Below, in pieces: positions 51,085 to 63,774 of a DNA stretch of 64,000 nt. Source of the stretch: Camelus ferus (taxonomy: Eukaryota); contig NC_045696.1 in assembly GCF_009834535.1 (NCBI RefSeq), positions 9,240,001 to 9,304,000 on the forward strand, in the 5' to 3' direction. The notes beneath the pieces are model-generated. The model was given only the letters and a program-made list of their open reading frames with translations, ran no database searches and was not told the DNA's origin. Numbering within the stretch: the stretch's first letter is position 1; every line of letters begins with the position of its first letter. Both the position numbers and the translations under genes were made by a program.

Positions 51085-54000
51085 TTTAAATTTCTCAAAG
51101 AACAGCTTTTGGTTTTGTTCATTTTCTGCCACTCTGTTGTATTCCATTTCTTTGATTTCTACTCTAATTTTTATTATTTCTTTTCTTCTCCTTGCTTTAG
51201 GTTTATTTTGCTCTTCTCTTCTCTAGTTTCCTAAGGTGGAAGCTTATTAATTCTGGATCGTTCTTTTCTAACATACGCACTAGATGCTATAAATTTCCCT
51301 CTGAGCACTGCTTTTGCCCCATCCGACAAATTGTGATGTTGGATTTTCATTCAGTTCAGAATATATTTTAATATCTCCGGGGACTTCTTATTTGACCCAT
51401 GGGTTATTTAAAAATGGGTTGTTGAAGCTTCAAGTATTTAGGGATTTTCCAGCTATCTTCCTGTTATTGATTGTTTAATTTAAACAATTGTGGCCTGAGA
51501 ATATACTTTGTACGATTTCTGCTCTTTTAAACTTGTTACGGTGCGTTTGATGGTCTTGGTGAATGTTCCCTGTGAGCCCTCATGAGAATGTGTACTCTGC
51601 TGCTGTTGGATGCAATTTTCCAAAGATGTTCATGAAATCAAGTTGGTTGGTGGTACAGTTCAATCAGTGATGCCCTAATTCTCTGCCTTATTGATGTATC
51701 AGTTACTGAAAGAGGGCTGTGAAGTCTTCAGCTGCAGCAGAGCGCTTCTCTCCTTCTCCCTGCAGTCCTATCTGTGCCTCATGCTTTTTGACACTGCTGG
51801 TAGGTGCACACATATTAAGGACTGTTACGTCTTAGAGCACTGCCTCCTTTTTCATCATGTAATTCCTTTGTTATCTTTGATATTTCTCCTTCTCAAGTCC
51901 GTTTTGTATAAAATCAATACAGCTACTCTGGCTTTCTTTTGACTGGTGTTAGCCCGGTCTTTCTCTATCCCTTTACTTTTAACCTGAGTCTTTGTCGTTA
52001 AAGTAGGTTCCTGTAGGCAACATATAGTTGAGTCTTGTTTTTAATTCACTCTGACAATCTCTGTCTTTTAGTTGGTGCATTTATTAGATTATTCATATTT
52101 AAAGTGATTATTGATGTAGTTGTTCTTTTTTTCTCTCCTTTTTTTCTGCCTTCTCGGGTTTTAACTGAGCATTTTATATGATTCTATTCCACTTTATCTC
52201 CTCTCTTAGCATATCAACTATACTTTAAAAAAAAGTGTTTTCAGTGTTGTCCTAGAGTTTGCAAAATACATGTGTAAGGAATGTAAGTCATGGTCAGATA
52301 ACGAGATTACTTCTTCCCCCCCATTTGTCACTACTCTCAACTCATCTCACTGAATCCATATCTTAACAACTACCCGATACATTACTTTTATCACTCTAAA
52401 CAGAGAGTTATCTTTTGGATCAATTAAGAATAGGAAAAGTAGGACTTTATTTCACCTTCATTTATTCTTTCTATAATGCTCTTCCTTTCTTTATGCAGAT
52501 CCAAGTTTCTGACCTATATTATTTTCCTTTCCTCTAAAGAATTTTTTTTTTAAACATTTCCTGCAGGGCAGGTCTGTTGGATAAATTAGTTCAGTTTTTG
52601 TTTGTCAAAGAATGGCTTTATTTCTTCTTCACCTTTGAAGGATAATTTTGCTGAATACAGGCTCCTAGGTTTGGTAGCTTTTTTCTTTCAACACTTTAAA
52701 TGTTTCCCATACTCGATAAACGTTTCCCATACTTGAGTTTTCCTTGCATGGTTTCTGAAGAGTAGTCTGAAGTCATTCTTATCCTTGTTTCTTTCTGGGT
52801 AAGGTGTCTCCTCCTACCTTTCCTTTCTGGCTTCTTCCAAGATGTTCCCTTTGTCTTTAGGGTTTCTGCAGTTTCAATATGAATACGCCTTGGTGTAGAA
52901 TATTTGGTATTTATCTTGCCTGGTGTTCCCTGAGATTCCTGGATCTGTGGTTTGGTGTCTGTCATTAATTTTGGCAAGTTCTCAGCCATTAATACTTCAA
53001 ATAGTTCTTCCACTCTGTTTTCTCTTCCTTTTCCTTCTGGTATTTCTACTACACATATATTACACCTTTTAAAATTGTCCCAAAGTTTGTAGATGTTCTG
53101 ATTTTTGTTTTTCTTTCTTTCTTTTTTTTTTTTTTCCTCTTTACCTTATAGTTTTGGAGGTTTCTACTGACGTATTTGCAAGCTCGCTGATTCTTTCCTC
53201 AGCCATGTCCAGTCTGTTGATGGGCTCATCAGAGGCATTTCTCATTTCTGTTAGTGTTTTTATTTCTAGACTTTCCTTTTGAGTCTTAGAGTTTCCACCT
53301 CCCAACTGACATTACTCATCTGTTCTTGCACAGTCTTCTTTTTCCATCACAGCCCTTATCATGTTAACCAGTTAAAATCCCTGTCTAATAACTCCAAAAT
53401 CTACTTCATATCTGAGTCTGGTCCTGTTGCTTGTTTTGACTCTTCAGACTGTTTTTTCTTGCCTTCTGTCATGCCTTGTTTCTGACTTGGAAACCGGGTA
53501 TGATGTATCGGGTAATAGGAACTGAGGTGAATCAGGCTTTAGTGTGAGATTTTACATTCGTCTAGCTAGGAGGTGGGCTGTGTTTAATGTTTGCTGTAGC
53601 TGTATGTGCCAGAGGCCTCAAATTCCTCTAATGCCCTTGTTCTTGTCTCCGTTTCTGTCTTTGGGCTTTCCTAAGACCCCTTCCTTAAATGGTCTGTCTT
53701 GCAGCTCCTTCAGCTGTAACCCACTGGTTTTATACTGGATCCCATGAGGACCTGGAGGAACTCCTAAATGAAAAACCAAGGAGAGTGGCCCCACCCCACC
53801 CCCATACGTACAGACACAGCTTCAGCCCCCAGGAGTTTCTTACTGTCACACTAGCCTATACTCAGCCTCCAACAATTTGCCAAAGTTACCACTGAAGTGT
53901 TGCTACCAGTTTATGGCTCCAGTGGCTTCTGCTCCCAGTAAGCGCACCTCAGCACAATTTTCCATATTCACCAGCCTCTCAAGATTTCTGGGTGGCAATT

Positions 54001-54130
54001 TGCCCTGCAACCTCAATTCTCTAACAGATCCAAGAAAACTTGTGGATTATCAGTTTTTTTTTTTCCTTGTTGTAAAGAGAGGAGTGATGACTCCTAAGCT
54101 CTTGACATTTTGGAGCTGAAACTGGAAGCA
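51085..54130 (-). mobile_element. Old LINE-1 (L1M), 5' portion: 5'UTR, ORF1 remnant, inter-ORF region and start of ORF2
   Basis: Minus-strand ORF 52696-53013 (ELFEVLMAENLPKLMTDTKPQIQESQGTPGKINTKYSTPRRI...RIRMTSDYSSETM) resembles L1 ORF1p. 51085-52100 is T-rich antisense ORF2-endonuclease-like sequence. Confidence 0.85.
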
Positions 54131-54468
54131 GCACAACATTTTGACTTGAATTATTTGATAAGGTTTTTGGGTTTTTTTTTTTTTTTTTCACTTTGGAGAC
54201 ATTTTGATATTGCTGCATCAAAAGGTAAAAGCAAGTGATAAATGCTTATCAAGTGATAAATGCCATGGAATCCTCTGAGCTCACCACTAGCCTCAATGCC
54301 CCCTTGCCCCTAACCCCCCCTCTTTGACTTCACTTCAAATGGAAAGGAGTGGGGCTCAAGATGGGGGGGGGGACCTCTGTTTTATCCATTACTTGATGGA
54401 TCAAAATGCTAAAAATAACCCATCATAAAATGGCCTTAGTATAACAGCTACATCAAAACATTCTGTAT

Positions 54469-54573
54469 GGGGGGGAGGGAACAGTTCAGTGGTAGAGTGC
54501 ATGCTTAGCATGCACAAGGTCTGGGTTCAATCCATTACTTCCATTAAAAAAAGAAAGAAAGAAAGAAAAAAAA
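54469..54573 (+). mobile_element. tRNA-derived SINE, camelid Vic-1-like (short form)
   Basis: ggggagggaacagttcagtggtagagtgcatgcttagcatgcacaaggtctgggttcaatcc plus A/(GAAA)n tail; similar to the copy at 23770. Confidence 0.85.
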
Positions 54574-54904
54574 GTTATGTACCCTGGAAAAGACAGGATG
54601 CAAACAGGTTCAAATTTAAATTTTCTAGTCCAGGAGTTTTTTAAATGGAAACATGAACTGGTTGAGACTGGATCCTTGCCTTCTCCACCTGCACCTCAAA
54701 TCTCCAGTTTTCCTGCCCCTTTACCACTTAATATTCTGAGTCCAGTTCCTCCCAAGAGATGAGGACTCTGGGTGTCAGGCCTTTTTTCAGTGAACAGCAC
54801 AGTATTACCTGAGTCTCATCCTGGAGCAGGTGCGTGTGGCCTTACCAATAAACACTAGATTAAGTACCTTGCCATGGACTTCTTCTCCATTTCAGTAATA
54901 TAAT

Positions 54905-55095
54905 AAAAATGAGTAATACTTACTGAGCATTTAATATGGCTGAAAACTGTGATATTTTCTTTACACGTAGCTTATCTCACTTACCCCTCATTATTACCCT
55001 TTGCAGTAGGAAAACTATGTATCAGAGGCAATAAATGACTTGCTCAACGTCATATAGCTATTTATGGTGAGGGCAGAATTTAAACCAAAATCTAT
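54905..55095 (-). mobile_element. MIR SINE (degenerate)
   Basis: acttactgagcattta...atcagagg...aaatgacttgctcaacgtcatatagct...gaatttaaacc. Confidence 0.65.
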
Positions 55096-58000
55096 CATTT
55101 AAAATTAGGTGCTTTCCCCAGTCTGCTCCTCTCAGAGGCAGAATACAGCATGCAATAAATACCACTAGGGTTCTCATCTCTAACACGGGAAGAGCTGTTT
55201 GCAAGTCTGGATTAGGCAGGTAATCCAGCTATTCACCTGGATACAGTCCACATGTCCCTCACCAGCTGTAATTCCCCAAAGGCCAGGATCATAACCCTTT
55301 CACTACTGAGTCTCCAAAACAGTGGCAAAAGCAAAAAGCAAAAACGTTCACTGGCAACATGAATGAATGAGAAAGTGAACAGCTTCCTGAGCCTAAGAGT
55401 GAATGAATGAAGGTAACTCTCAGCACAATGATGACTGCGACAGGAAAAAGCCTTTCCAATCATCAGATAGTCCTGAGATCTTTGTTAGCATCAGACTCTA
55501 AGTTCCAGTGGGGCAGGGGCCATATTAGTCTTATTCATAAATTAGCACATGCCTGGCACATGGTGATTTTCAGTAAACTTGTTCTCTGTGGTGGATGGAC
55601 CTATCAGAGGCAACCCCTTCAAGAACAAGCAGCTCTGCTCTGAAGAATGACTGACAGTGGTTCTCTGCCTCAGAGCACAGCTTTCTTTCTCAGTAGCCCC
55701 CGTCTTATCCCTGCCCTGCTTCCTCTTCCCAGACTACACGTATGTATTACTACAAGCACCACTCTCCAGCCCCTGTCTCCCACTCGTTCTCCCCCAACTA
55801 ACTCTGTTTAACAGCAAAGTTGAGCAGAGAAATACGTTTGGGGATATATTTGAATTAGGACCCTGCACTGTCACCCTTGCAAGGGGCTCAGAGATCATCT
55901 CCTTTCAGACACGAGAATGAGAAAGTATAAGCAAGTCATCCAGGGTCATCACACAGACAGGCCAGAGGCCACTTCTCTGGCCTCTCAGTCCAGTGTGCAG
56001 GCGGCCCCCGGCACACACACCTTCATGTGTTCATGCTGGCCCCGTCAGGGCAAGCATGGTAATTTAATAGTAAACTCAGCATACACCATACTGCTGGCCC
56101 TTAGTTTTTTGTTTTATGTTTTGTTGTTAATGAAAAATCCACGTATTAGAAGAAAACACCCAAAACCCCAACATGAGAAGCTCGCCATCAGCACCTTCTG
56201 GCCCACCGCTGCCAGTGAAGCCAAGCACACCTCACTGTGGTCACCGAGGTGGAAACTGATCAGAGTGGGGCCGCTGGGTTTTTAGTGCTGTCCCTCCTCG
56301 AGCACTGAAAGGCTGAGTTGTGGTGTGAAGTAAGAAGATGTTGAATTTAAAACCCTGCTTTAAAAAAAAAAATCACAGAACCTGGACTTTAATCATAAAG
56401 ATCCTTTTACCAAAGCATATTTTTAAAAGGCTGTGAAACATTATGCAACGTTTGCACAGTTTAATTATGAGTTTAGAAAAGACTAGCACAACTTTTTTCA
56501 CTCCAGTAAAACATGACACAGCATGAATCACAGCCTAATACTTTATGCTTACTGTGGTTTTAGACGTGGGGTTAGGGGTGCTGGGCTGTCTGCACAGCAA
56601 GGCATGAATTACTGTACCGCAATTCACACCCAGAGGGCTTTACGACAATTATAAAAGCTCTTTTGTTCGCCTTTTAAATGATTAAAATATTTGAGTACTA
56701 TAGATTCACTTAGTAAATATTCCTATCCAGGACACATGCATGACTTAGAGAAAATATCTGAATATATAATTTTATTTTCATTTGGAAGTGAAATACTTGT
56801 AGCAAATATGAGAATACAGAACAACCTGCTATTGCGACTTGCTCTCAGTTACTGGAGACACTGTTAGCTGTGAGATCAGGCGGGGGCCTCCGGGTGTAGT
56901 TGAACACTTATTTTCTAGAATGGCCAGCTCTTTATTCCTTGCTATCCCCTCAAATTCTCTAAAATTCAGAATGAAATGAAGACCTTTCTTTACTACTAGA
57001 TTTCAGAGATTCTCCAGGCTTTTCAAAATTCAAAAGTCAGTTATTTTAAAGGGAAGAAAGAAACAGGTGAGTATGAGAGAAAGGGGGAGAGGGCTGTCAG
57101 GAGAGGAGTCGGAAGGAAGACTTGGATTCCAAATGTCTGATTCTGTCATCCGCTGTGGCCAAAGGGATGAAAGATGAGGCAGAATTTAACTGCTGGAAGT
57201 GAAAAGCCCTCAGAGGGAGCAGATGTGGACGCTGTATAACGAGTAGGAGTAACTCATTTCTTTATGTCACGACACACACGAAACTCCAACCTGGCATTTC
57301 CCTAGGGAACTTTGCTCTTTCTGTATTTACTCCGGGCATCATGAAGCCCGAGCTATGAAGACCCTTGGGAGTTAGTGTAGTTTGCTGTGACCTTTGTCCC
57401 CAAAGGTGGGACACAAAGAGAAAACTAATGTTTAATCCTAAGATAGAAATAAATGTAAAGCTATCTTGTGGTGGGACAGTGTTCAATTTAAATTTTCTTA
57501 CACATTTTGCCTAAGAATAGAGAGGATTTTTTTTCCTCCTCCTTTTCATCTGTAAACAGTATGATGCTTTTGAAAATTAAGATTCTCATGAATACTGGAG
57601 TCAAATTTACAAAATCCTTTTTACCTAAATCTTCTAAAGTCAGATTTTTGTCTCTTCTCTATCCCAGGCCTCTTTTAACGGCAATCTATAAAATACGTGC
57701 CTAACATTCTGCCCTTTAAAAGTTGCAGACTTGAGGTCTTGAAAAAAATGCAAGACACTTCTGTTAGTCTGGGCTGACAGAGCCAACCCTGCACTGTCGG
57801 GTTTATGAACTAGTCATCGGGCCTCATGGCCAGTTTCCCAGCCAGACCTTTTCAGTTATCCTTGAGAGAGAGTTCACCTGAACAGAAAACATTTAAAAGC
57901 CGTGGAATATTTTTGCCAAAGGTACAAAAAAAATACCAAAACCCCTGCGTTCTTTTTCGCTTACCATGCACAGAGATAGGCGATCACCTGATAACAGTAA

Positions 58001-58344
58001 CTGTAATCGCTGGTAAAGCTGAAACTGGGCAGTCAGTACAGGCTGTGGTCAACAGTTTGAACATTAGCACGTCCACCTGGAAAACAGTCAGCTCCTCTCA
58101 TCGTTATGAGCGTGAGCAAATAAAAGCTCTGGAAGGAACAGTTACCAGAGGAACATGAACATGAATCAAACATAAACTGTATTTCAGCATCGTTTTGGGG
58201 GGAAATCATCAAACAAAAGCTAACCCTTCGACTTAAGTAGACTTATTATACACTGGCAAACAGAATGAAGGTAACTAGTTTTTTTATTAAAGGACTTTAT
58301 TTTTAAAAATCCTGTCCCATTCTATGTACAACTGACCTCCCTGA

Positions 58345-58626
<282 letters not shown>

Positions 58627-59423
58627 TAAAGATGAGGTTGTCTGTCTCTTAAGTCCCATGTGCTGATTTTCCGTGATACTCAGAGGCAGAGATTATGGAT
58701 GTGGAGGTAGAAGTGGCTCAGGAAAAGTGGATTCCTTGGGCATTTTGGGGACACTCATATTTGGCAGGCAAGAGTGGCAGCCGAAGGGTCAACAACATAA
58801 AGACCAAAGCAGTCAGCCTCTAGATCTCAGAGGGGGCAGGTCCATCCTGGGCTGGTGAGCTTTCACGGGTCATGCGAACTGTGCACTGGGGTACACGTGG
58901 AACGCAAAGCACATCTACCCCAGTGGGACAATTCCAACCACAAGCTGCTTCTCCCAGGTCAGAGGAACAGTGTGGAAAGCTCAGGTGTCGTGGTTGGCAT
59001 AACTGCTGTTAATATGAGCTCATTAAATATTAGTCATTTAACCTATGAGACCTCTGGGCTTGGCACCTACCTTTGCTCATGGGTAGGGAAATCGGAGTTA
59101 CAGAGAAAAATTCCTTTGTTGAAAGCAAAAGAAGCAACTCCTTGTTTGGGGCTTTGAAATTGGAGCTGGACCAAACTGTGAAAATACTTCAGAGAACTTC
59201 AGCATTAGGAAGGCTGTGAACACACTTCTTGTGTGTTGGGGGTAGGGCAGCTGTTTTTGCTTTTCAGCTCTCGGGATCAGATTATAGCAGAGCAGATCAG
59301 CGGCAGGCAAAGGGGCAAAGTTGTCGTGTCTGCCATTTTCAGTGCTGTGTGATGTGTTTTTGCGGACGACTGTGATTACCTGAGATTTCACCACATGCTT
59401 TAGCTTCTTCACAGAATACCTCT

Positions 59424-59628
59424 CAGCTTCTCAACAACAGGACCACTGACATTTGGGGCCAGATAATTCTTTGTTGTGGGAGACAGTCCTGTGTACTGGA
59501 GGGTCTTCATCAGCATCTCTGGCCTCTAGATGCCAGTAGCATCCCCCAACCTGGCCATGACAACCAAACACCATCAGACATTGCCAAACGTCCTAAGGGC
59601 CATCACTGCCCCCCAGGTGGGAACTGCC
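59424..59628 (-). mobile_element. MER20 hAT-Charlie DNA transposon
   Basis: ttctcaac...actgacatttggggccagataattctttgttgtggg...gtcctgtg...agatgccagtagca...cagacattgccaaa. Confidence 0.9.
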
Positions 59629-62463
59629 TTCAAGTACTCTTGGGCCTTGTACTCAAATAGGAAAGCCAACTTAGTTGCCCCATTTCCACATTATTTTCAG
59701 CCATTAATGCCAAGAATTTCACAGCACGTGCTGGGCTGCAGAGTTAAGGGACTTGCATAGGAATTACGAAGTCAGTTCAGCTTGTGGTCTTAGAAGCTCT
59801 GTTCCCTCAGGACTGGTCTGATTCCAGAGGCACTTGTCAGCATCTACTGATTCTTCTTCTTGGTGGCACTGCTCTGCCCACTGGCGATGGTCTGCATCTG
59901 AAGCAATTACTGTTTTCCTTGGAAATGTCCCTGCTGTGGGTCTGTCCCTTAGAATTTATGACGTAAGTCTTTTGACTTTGTCAGCACTCAAGATCATTGG
60001 CTCCTTATTGTCCAAACACCCTAGGGGCCAGCTGCTCCAACTGACCAATCAGATGGAAGGGTGACTTCTTTTTTAAAAAGAATGAGGAACGAGTGCACTC
60101 CCAAGTCCTGTCTCACGGTTATGCTTCTGAACAACCCGGACATCAGTTAGCCCAGGAGTGAGGGAAGGGTGTTTTACAGCAGCAGTGTGCGAAGGAGATA
60201 AAAACCACATCCCATTTCAGCACCCAGGCATGACCTGCGCTGTATTGGAGGAGGACCCGGGGAAATTCCAGAGCAGCTCTCACCAGTGGCAGAGAACAGC
60301 ACGGGAGACTGCTCTTCACCTGGGCAGAGCTCCCTGAGAAATCAAGCCTGGAGCCAGGCCTGAAACGTGTTGTCAGCCGCCTGGGGGCAGGAGGGGGTTG
60401 GGATACTTAAAAGAAAAGTGGTGGTGACACCAGCCGCCAGCTCTGAGAGCCCGCCAGAGCTCTGAGCCTGCTTCTCCTTCAGTCCCGCCCCCAAGCCCGT
60501 GTGCTGCCCCCTCCCCGCCCTCTCCCCAGCTGGGCTTCCTTCTGCAGGAGGGACCTGTCCTCAGTCTCTCTCCCTTTCCTTTGCAGACAGATTCCACACC
60601 TTGTCTGAAAAGAGCTGTCATCTGAAGGTTTTCTTTTCTTTCTTTCTTCCCCCTCTTTTTTTTTTTTAAATAATGTTTAGCTGCCAACCTGGGCAACAGA
60701 CAGCATGCATTAATCTGAGTCATGCAAAAGATCCTTTTAAGGCAGCCATTATCTGCTCAGGCTGTTTAATCCTTTGGGGGCAGCGGGAGGGGCCCGGAGT
60801 GGGGCTGCTTTCATCCCTGTCAGGCTGCAGAATGGAGACCTGAGCTGTCACGGCAAATATTTAGCCCCATCGGTGGGGCACCATTTCCAACTAAAATACC
60901 TGAACCACCTAATCCCCAGACTTCCTACTCTTTAAAAGCTCCCTGTGACTATCAGGGGTCCCCACCTCTGCCTTCACTGCTATTGGATAAGGGGGCACCA
61001 GGCCAGCTGAAGGACCAAGCAGCTCCGGCCGGTGGCTGAACTGTGCACAACCGGTGGGGCCTGGGAGGGGTGTCAGACTGGACGTAAAAATGAAAACAAG
61101 TATTTGACTAGGTCATTTGAATCTGAGCCTATCTAGTGGGGCGAAGTTATTTCATTATCAGAACATGTGTAGAAAGCATAATTTGACCAGATGGCTGGTC
61201 TCCTGTGGTGTGACACTGGTACCATGCAGACAGAAGCAGCAGTACAGGGAGCATCCACGATCGCGCAGATATTCTGCCCACAAGTCAAAGAACTATTTCC
61301 CCTGCCAGCTGAGACCGTAACTTCATTCCATTACTTACGTCCATGACAGGCAGGCTCACTCGGGATTCCAGTAACTGGCTGCCATCACCAGGCTACCACG
61401 CTGTAGTTGGAACAGACGGGCAGAGCGTGTCCAGACACCGTCATGAAATGACATGACCTTTCGTTCATTTTCCAGTGCATTCACCTTTCTGTCTTAGGGA
61501 AAATGAAGCAAGAGAATACTGGGTGGAGTCACTTATTTGTGACCGGAGTATCACGTCAGAGGACAACAAAGTGACTGTATCTGCCTAACGCTTTTCCTCC
61601 TGCCTCGGCTTCTCCCTGGACTACAGACACCTAACTGGGAAAATAGAGTAAAGCTTCCTGTGAAGCCTCAGGCATGTCACAGCCCTCTGTGGGAGCAAAA
61701 ACAAGTGACACAGGGCTTGCTCACAGATGGCCCCAGAGGGCAGAGACAAACCCTGTGGAATGAGGTGCGGCCCGGCTGCAGGATGAGCTGGAGAGTGGCC
61801 GTGGAAGGGCAGCCCCAGAACCACTGTCAGCTCACAGCTTTTCCCTGCCCACATGTCTGACTTGCTTTGAAAAGATTAACAGGAGTGTCTGTTTCAAAGT
61901 CAGACTCCTGGTTTCCTCGTTAGTGGAGAGATTTGTTGCAGACTTCGGTTGTTTCTATAAACTTTAATTACCTCTCTGATGAGGAGTATATAACCCCCCA
62001 TCCCATGCACCCCAAACTGACAGAGGAGTTCACTTGGAGGGAGGGAGGGCTGGGGAAGGAGAGGGAGAGAAGAGAGGGGGGATAGGGAAAGAACAAGAAC
62101 ACCAGCTCTCCCTGCTGGAATAATAGGCTTGAAATATGAGGAAGTTGATCAACAGCTGATGCCTTCCAAAAACAGATTAATCCACCTCGGTAGCTTTCCT
62201 TTCAGAGGAAGCATTCGGCTCCGTCAAGTTTCTCTCTGGGCCTAAATACAACAGGACACAGGACACATGCCATCCTGAGCTTGGAGTTACTTTGCATGTT
62301 GATTTGAGAGCTTATAAATTTTAAAACATTTAATTCTTGCCTCTGCTCTGTTTTGCTGCTGTCTTCTGGGTTTGCTGACAGTCCTGGCAGCCTACAGTCC
62401 TGGCCCGCTCACTTAATAATTCTGAGGAACAGAAACTACCCCGGATACCATCCTACATCCACA

Positions 62464-62694
62464 GGGGTGGCTCTCAGCAGGGGGCGCTTTGGCCCCCTCA
62501 CCCCTACTCCCAGGACATTTGGAAGGTCTGGAGACATTGCTGGTGGTCACAATGGGGGCAGTGGGGGCACTACTGACATCTGATGGGCAGAGACAAAGGA
62601 TGCTGCCAAACATCCTACAGTGCACAGGACAGCCCCCCACCGCCCCAACAAACCTGGCCCCAAATGTCAACAGTGCCACTGTTGGGAAACTCTG
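62464..62694 (+). mobile_element. MER20 hAT-Charlie DNA transposon
   Basis: ggacatttgg...tctggagacatt...ggatgctgccaaacatcctacagtgcacaggacagcccc...aaatgtcaacagtgcc...gaaactctg. Confidence 0.9.
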
Positions 62695-63159
62695 ATCTAC
62701 AAGACACAGGAAACCCTTCCTGGCACCCACAACCCCTAATAGTACCCAAGGACAGCCTGTGGTTAAGAAAAATGCAGAAAGATGCAATGAAGGACAGCCA
62801 AAGCCAGGCTGTGAAATGTACATGCATAATCCTAACAAAATGAGTTTTACAGACAACCTTTGCCATACCTGGTAAAACTTCAACATGTGCAGAAATGGAG
62901 CACATAAATCACAGTCCTGCAGCCGTTCCTGTTAACAAGCCAGGGCCACACGTACTAGAGAATATCACATGAATTGAAGCTGTACTGTTTCTAAAAATGT
63001 GGAACTAGTCTGAAGGTAGATGTGGGGGAGAAAAAGTGATGTGGTGTTCAATGACACCCACTTACAATCACTACTATGGCATGCGTTAGGTTCAGTCACA
63101 GGAAACTGCCAATTTTTAACTGTCAGGCCTATAGAACCGGCAATTTCTTATGTATGACT

Positions 63160-63372
63160 CAACCTAAATACTATATAAAATGTATTATAATGTTACTATA
63201 TATTAATATTGTTATGACAATATTATCTATAAATATCCTATTAACATTAATCTATTGATGCATCCATTATATTAATAATTCTTCTAAGGTTATATTATTT
63301 TATGTTATATATTATTATATTACATCGTTGATCAGATTTATATTAATATATATATATTAGTATATTGATTAT
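63160..63372. repeat. AT-rich low-complexity tract
   Basis: About 200 bp of degenerate tat/att/ata repeats. Confidence 0.8.
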
Positions 63373-63682
63373 ATAGAGTCCACAAACTTTTTTCTGCAAA
63401 GGGCCAGATACTAAATATTATATGGCTTGGCCCTACAGTCTTTTCTGTGACCACTCAACTCTGCACCGGTGACTCAAAAGCAGCCACAGATAATAACGTT
63501 GAAACACAAGTGAGGCTCCTTCCAACAAAACTTCATGCACAGGCACTGAAATTTAAATCGCATATAATTTTCACACCAAGAAATATTCTTTCGATTTTTT
63601 TTCAACCATTTGTTTAAGTAAAACTCATTCTTAGCTTGTAGGCCACACAAAAACTGGTAGCAGGTGGGTTTGCCAGTCTCAG
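63373..63682. mobile_element. MER58B-like hAT-Charlie DNA transposon
   Basis: caaacttttttctgcaaagggccagatactaaatatt...actcaactctgc...aaagcagccacaga...cactgaaattt...cattcttagctt. Confidence 0.8.
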
Positions 63683-63774
63683 GGTTACACCAATGTTACA
63701 ACTACATCGTAGGTTACGTCAAGCCTGCGTTACAGGACATTGCCTCATATGCCACATTACATCACATGAGGTCA

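Noticed and set aside
52696..53013. 105-aa minus-strand ORF as a host gene
   Set aside because: Decayed L1 ORF1p fragment with disrupted flanks.
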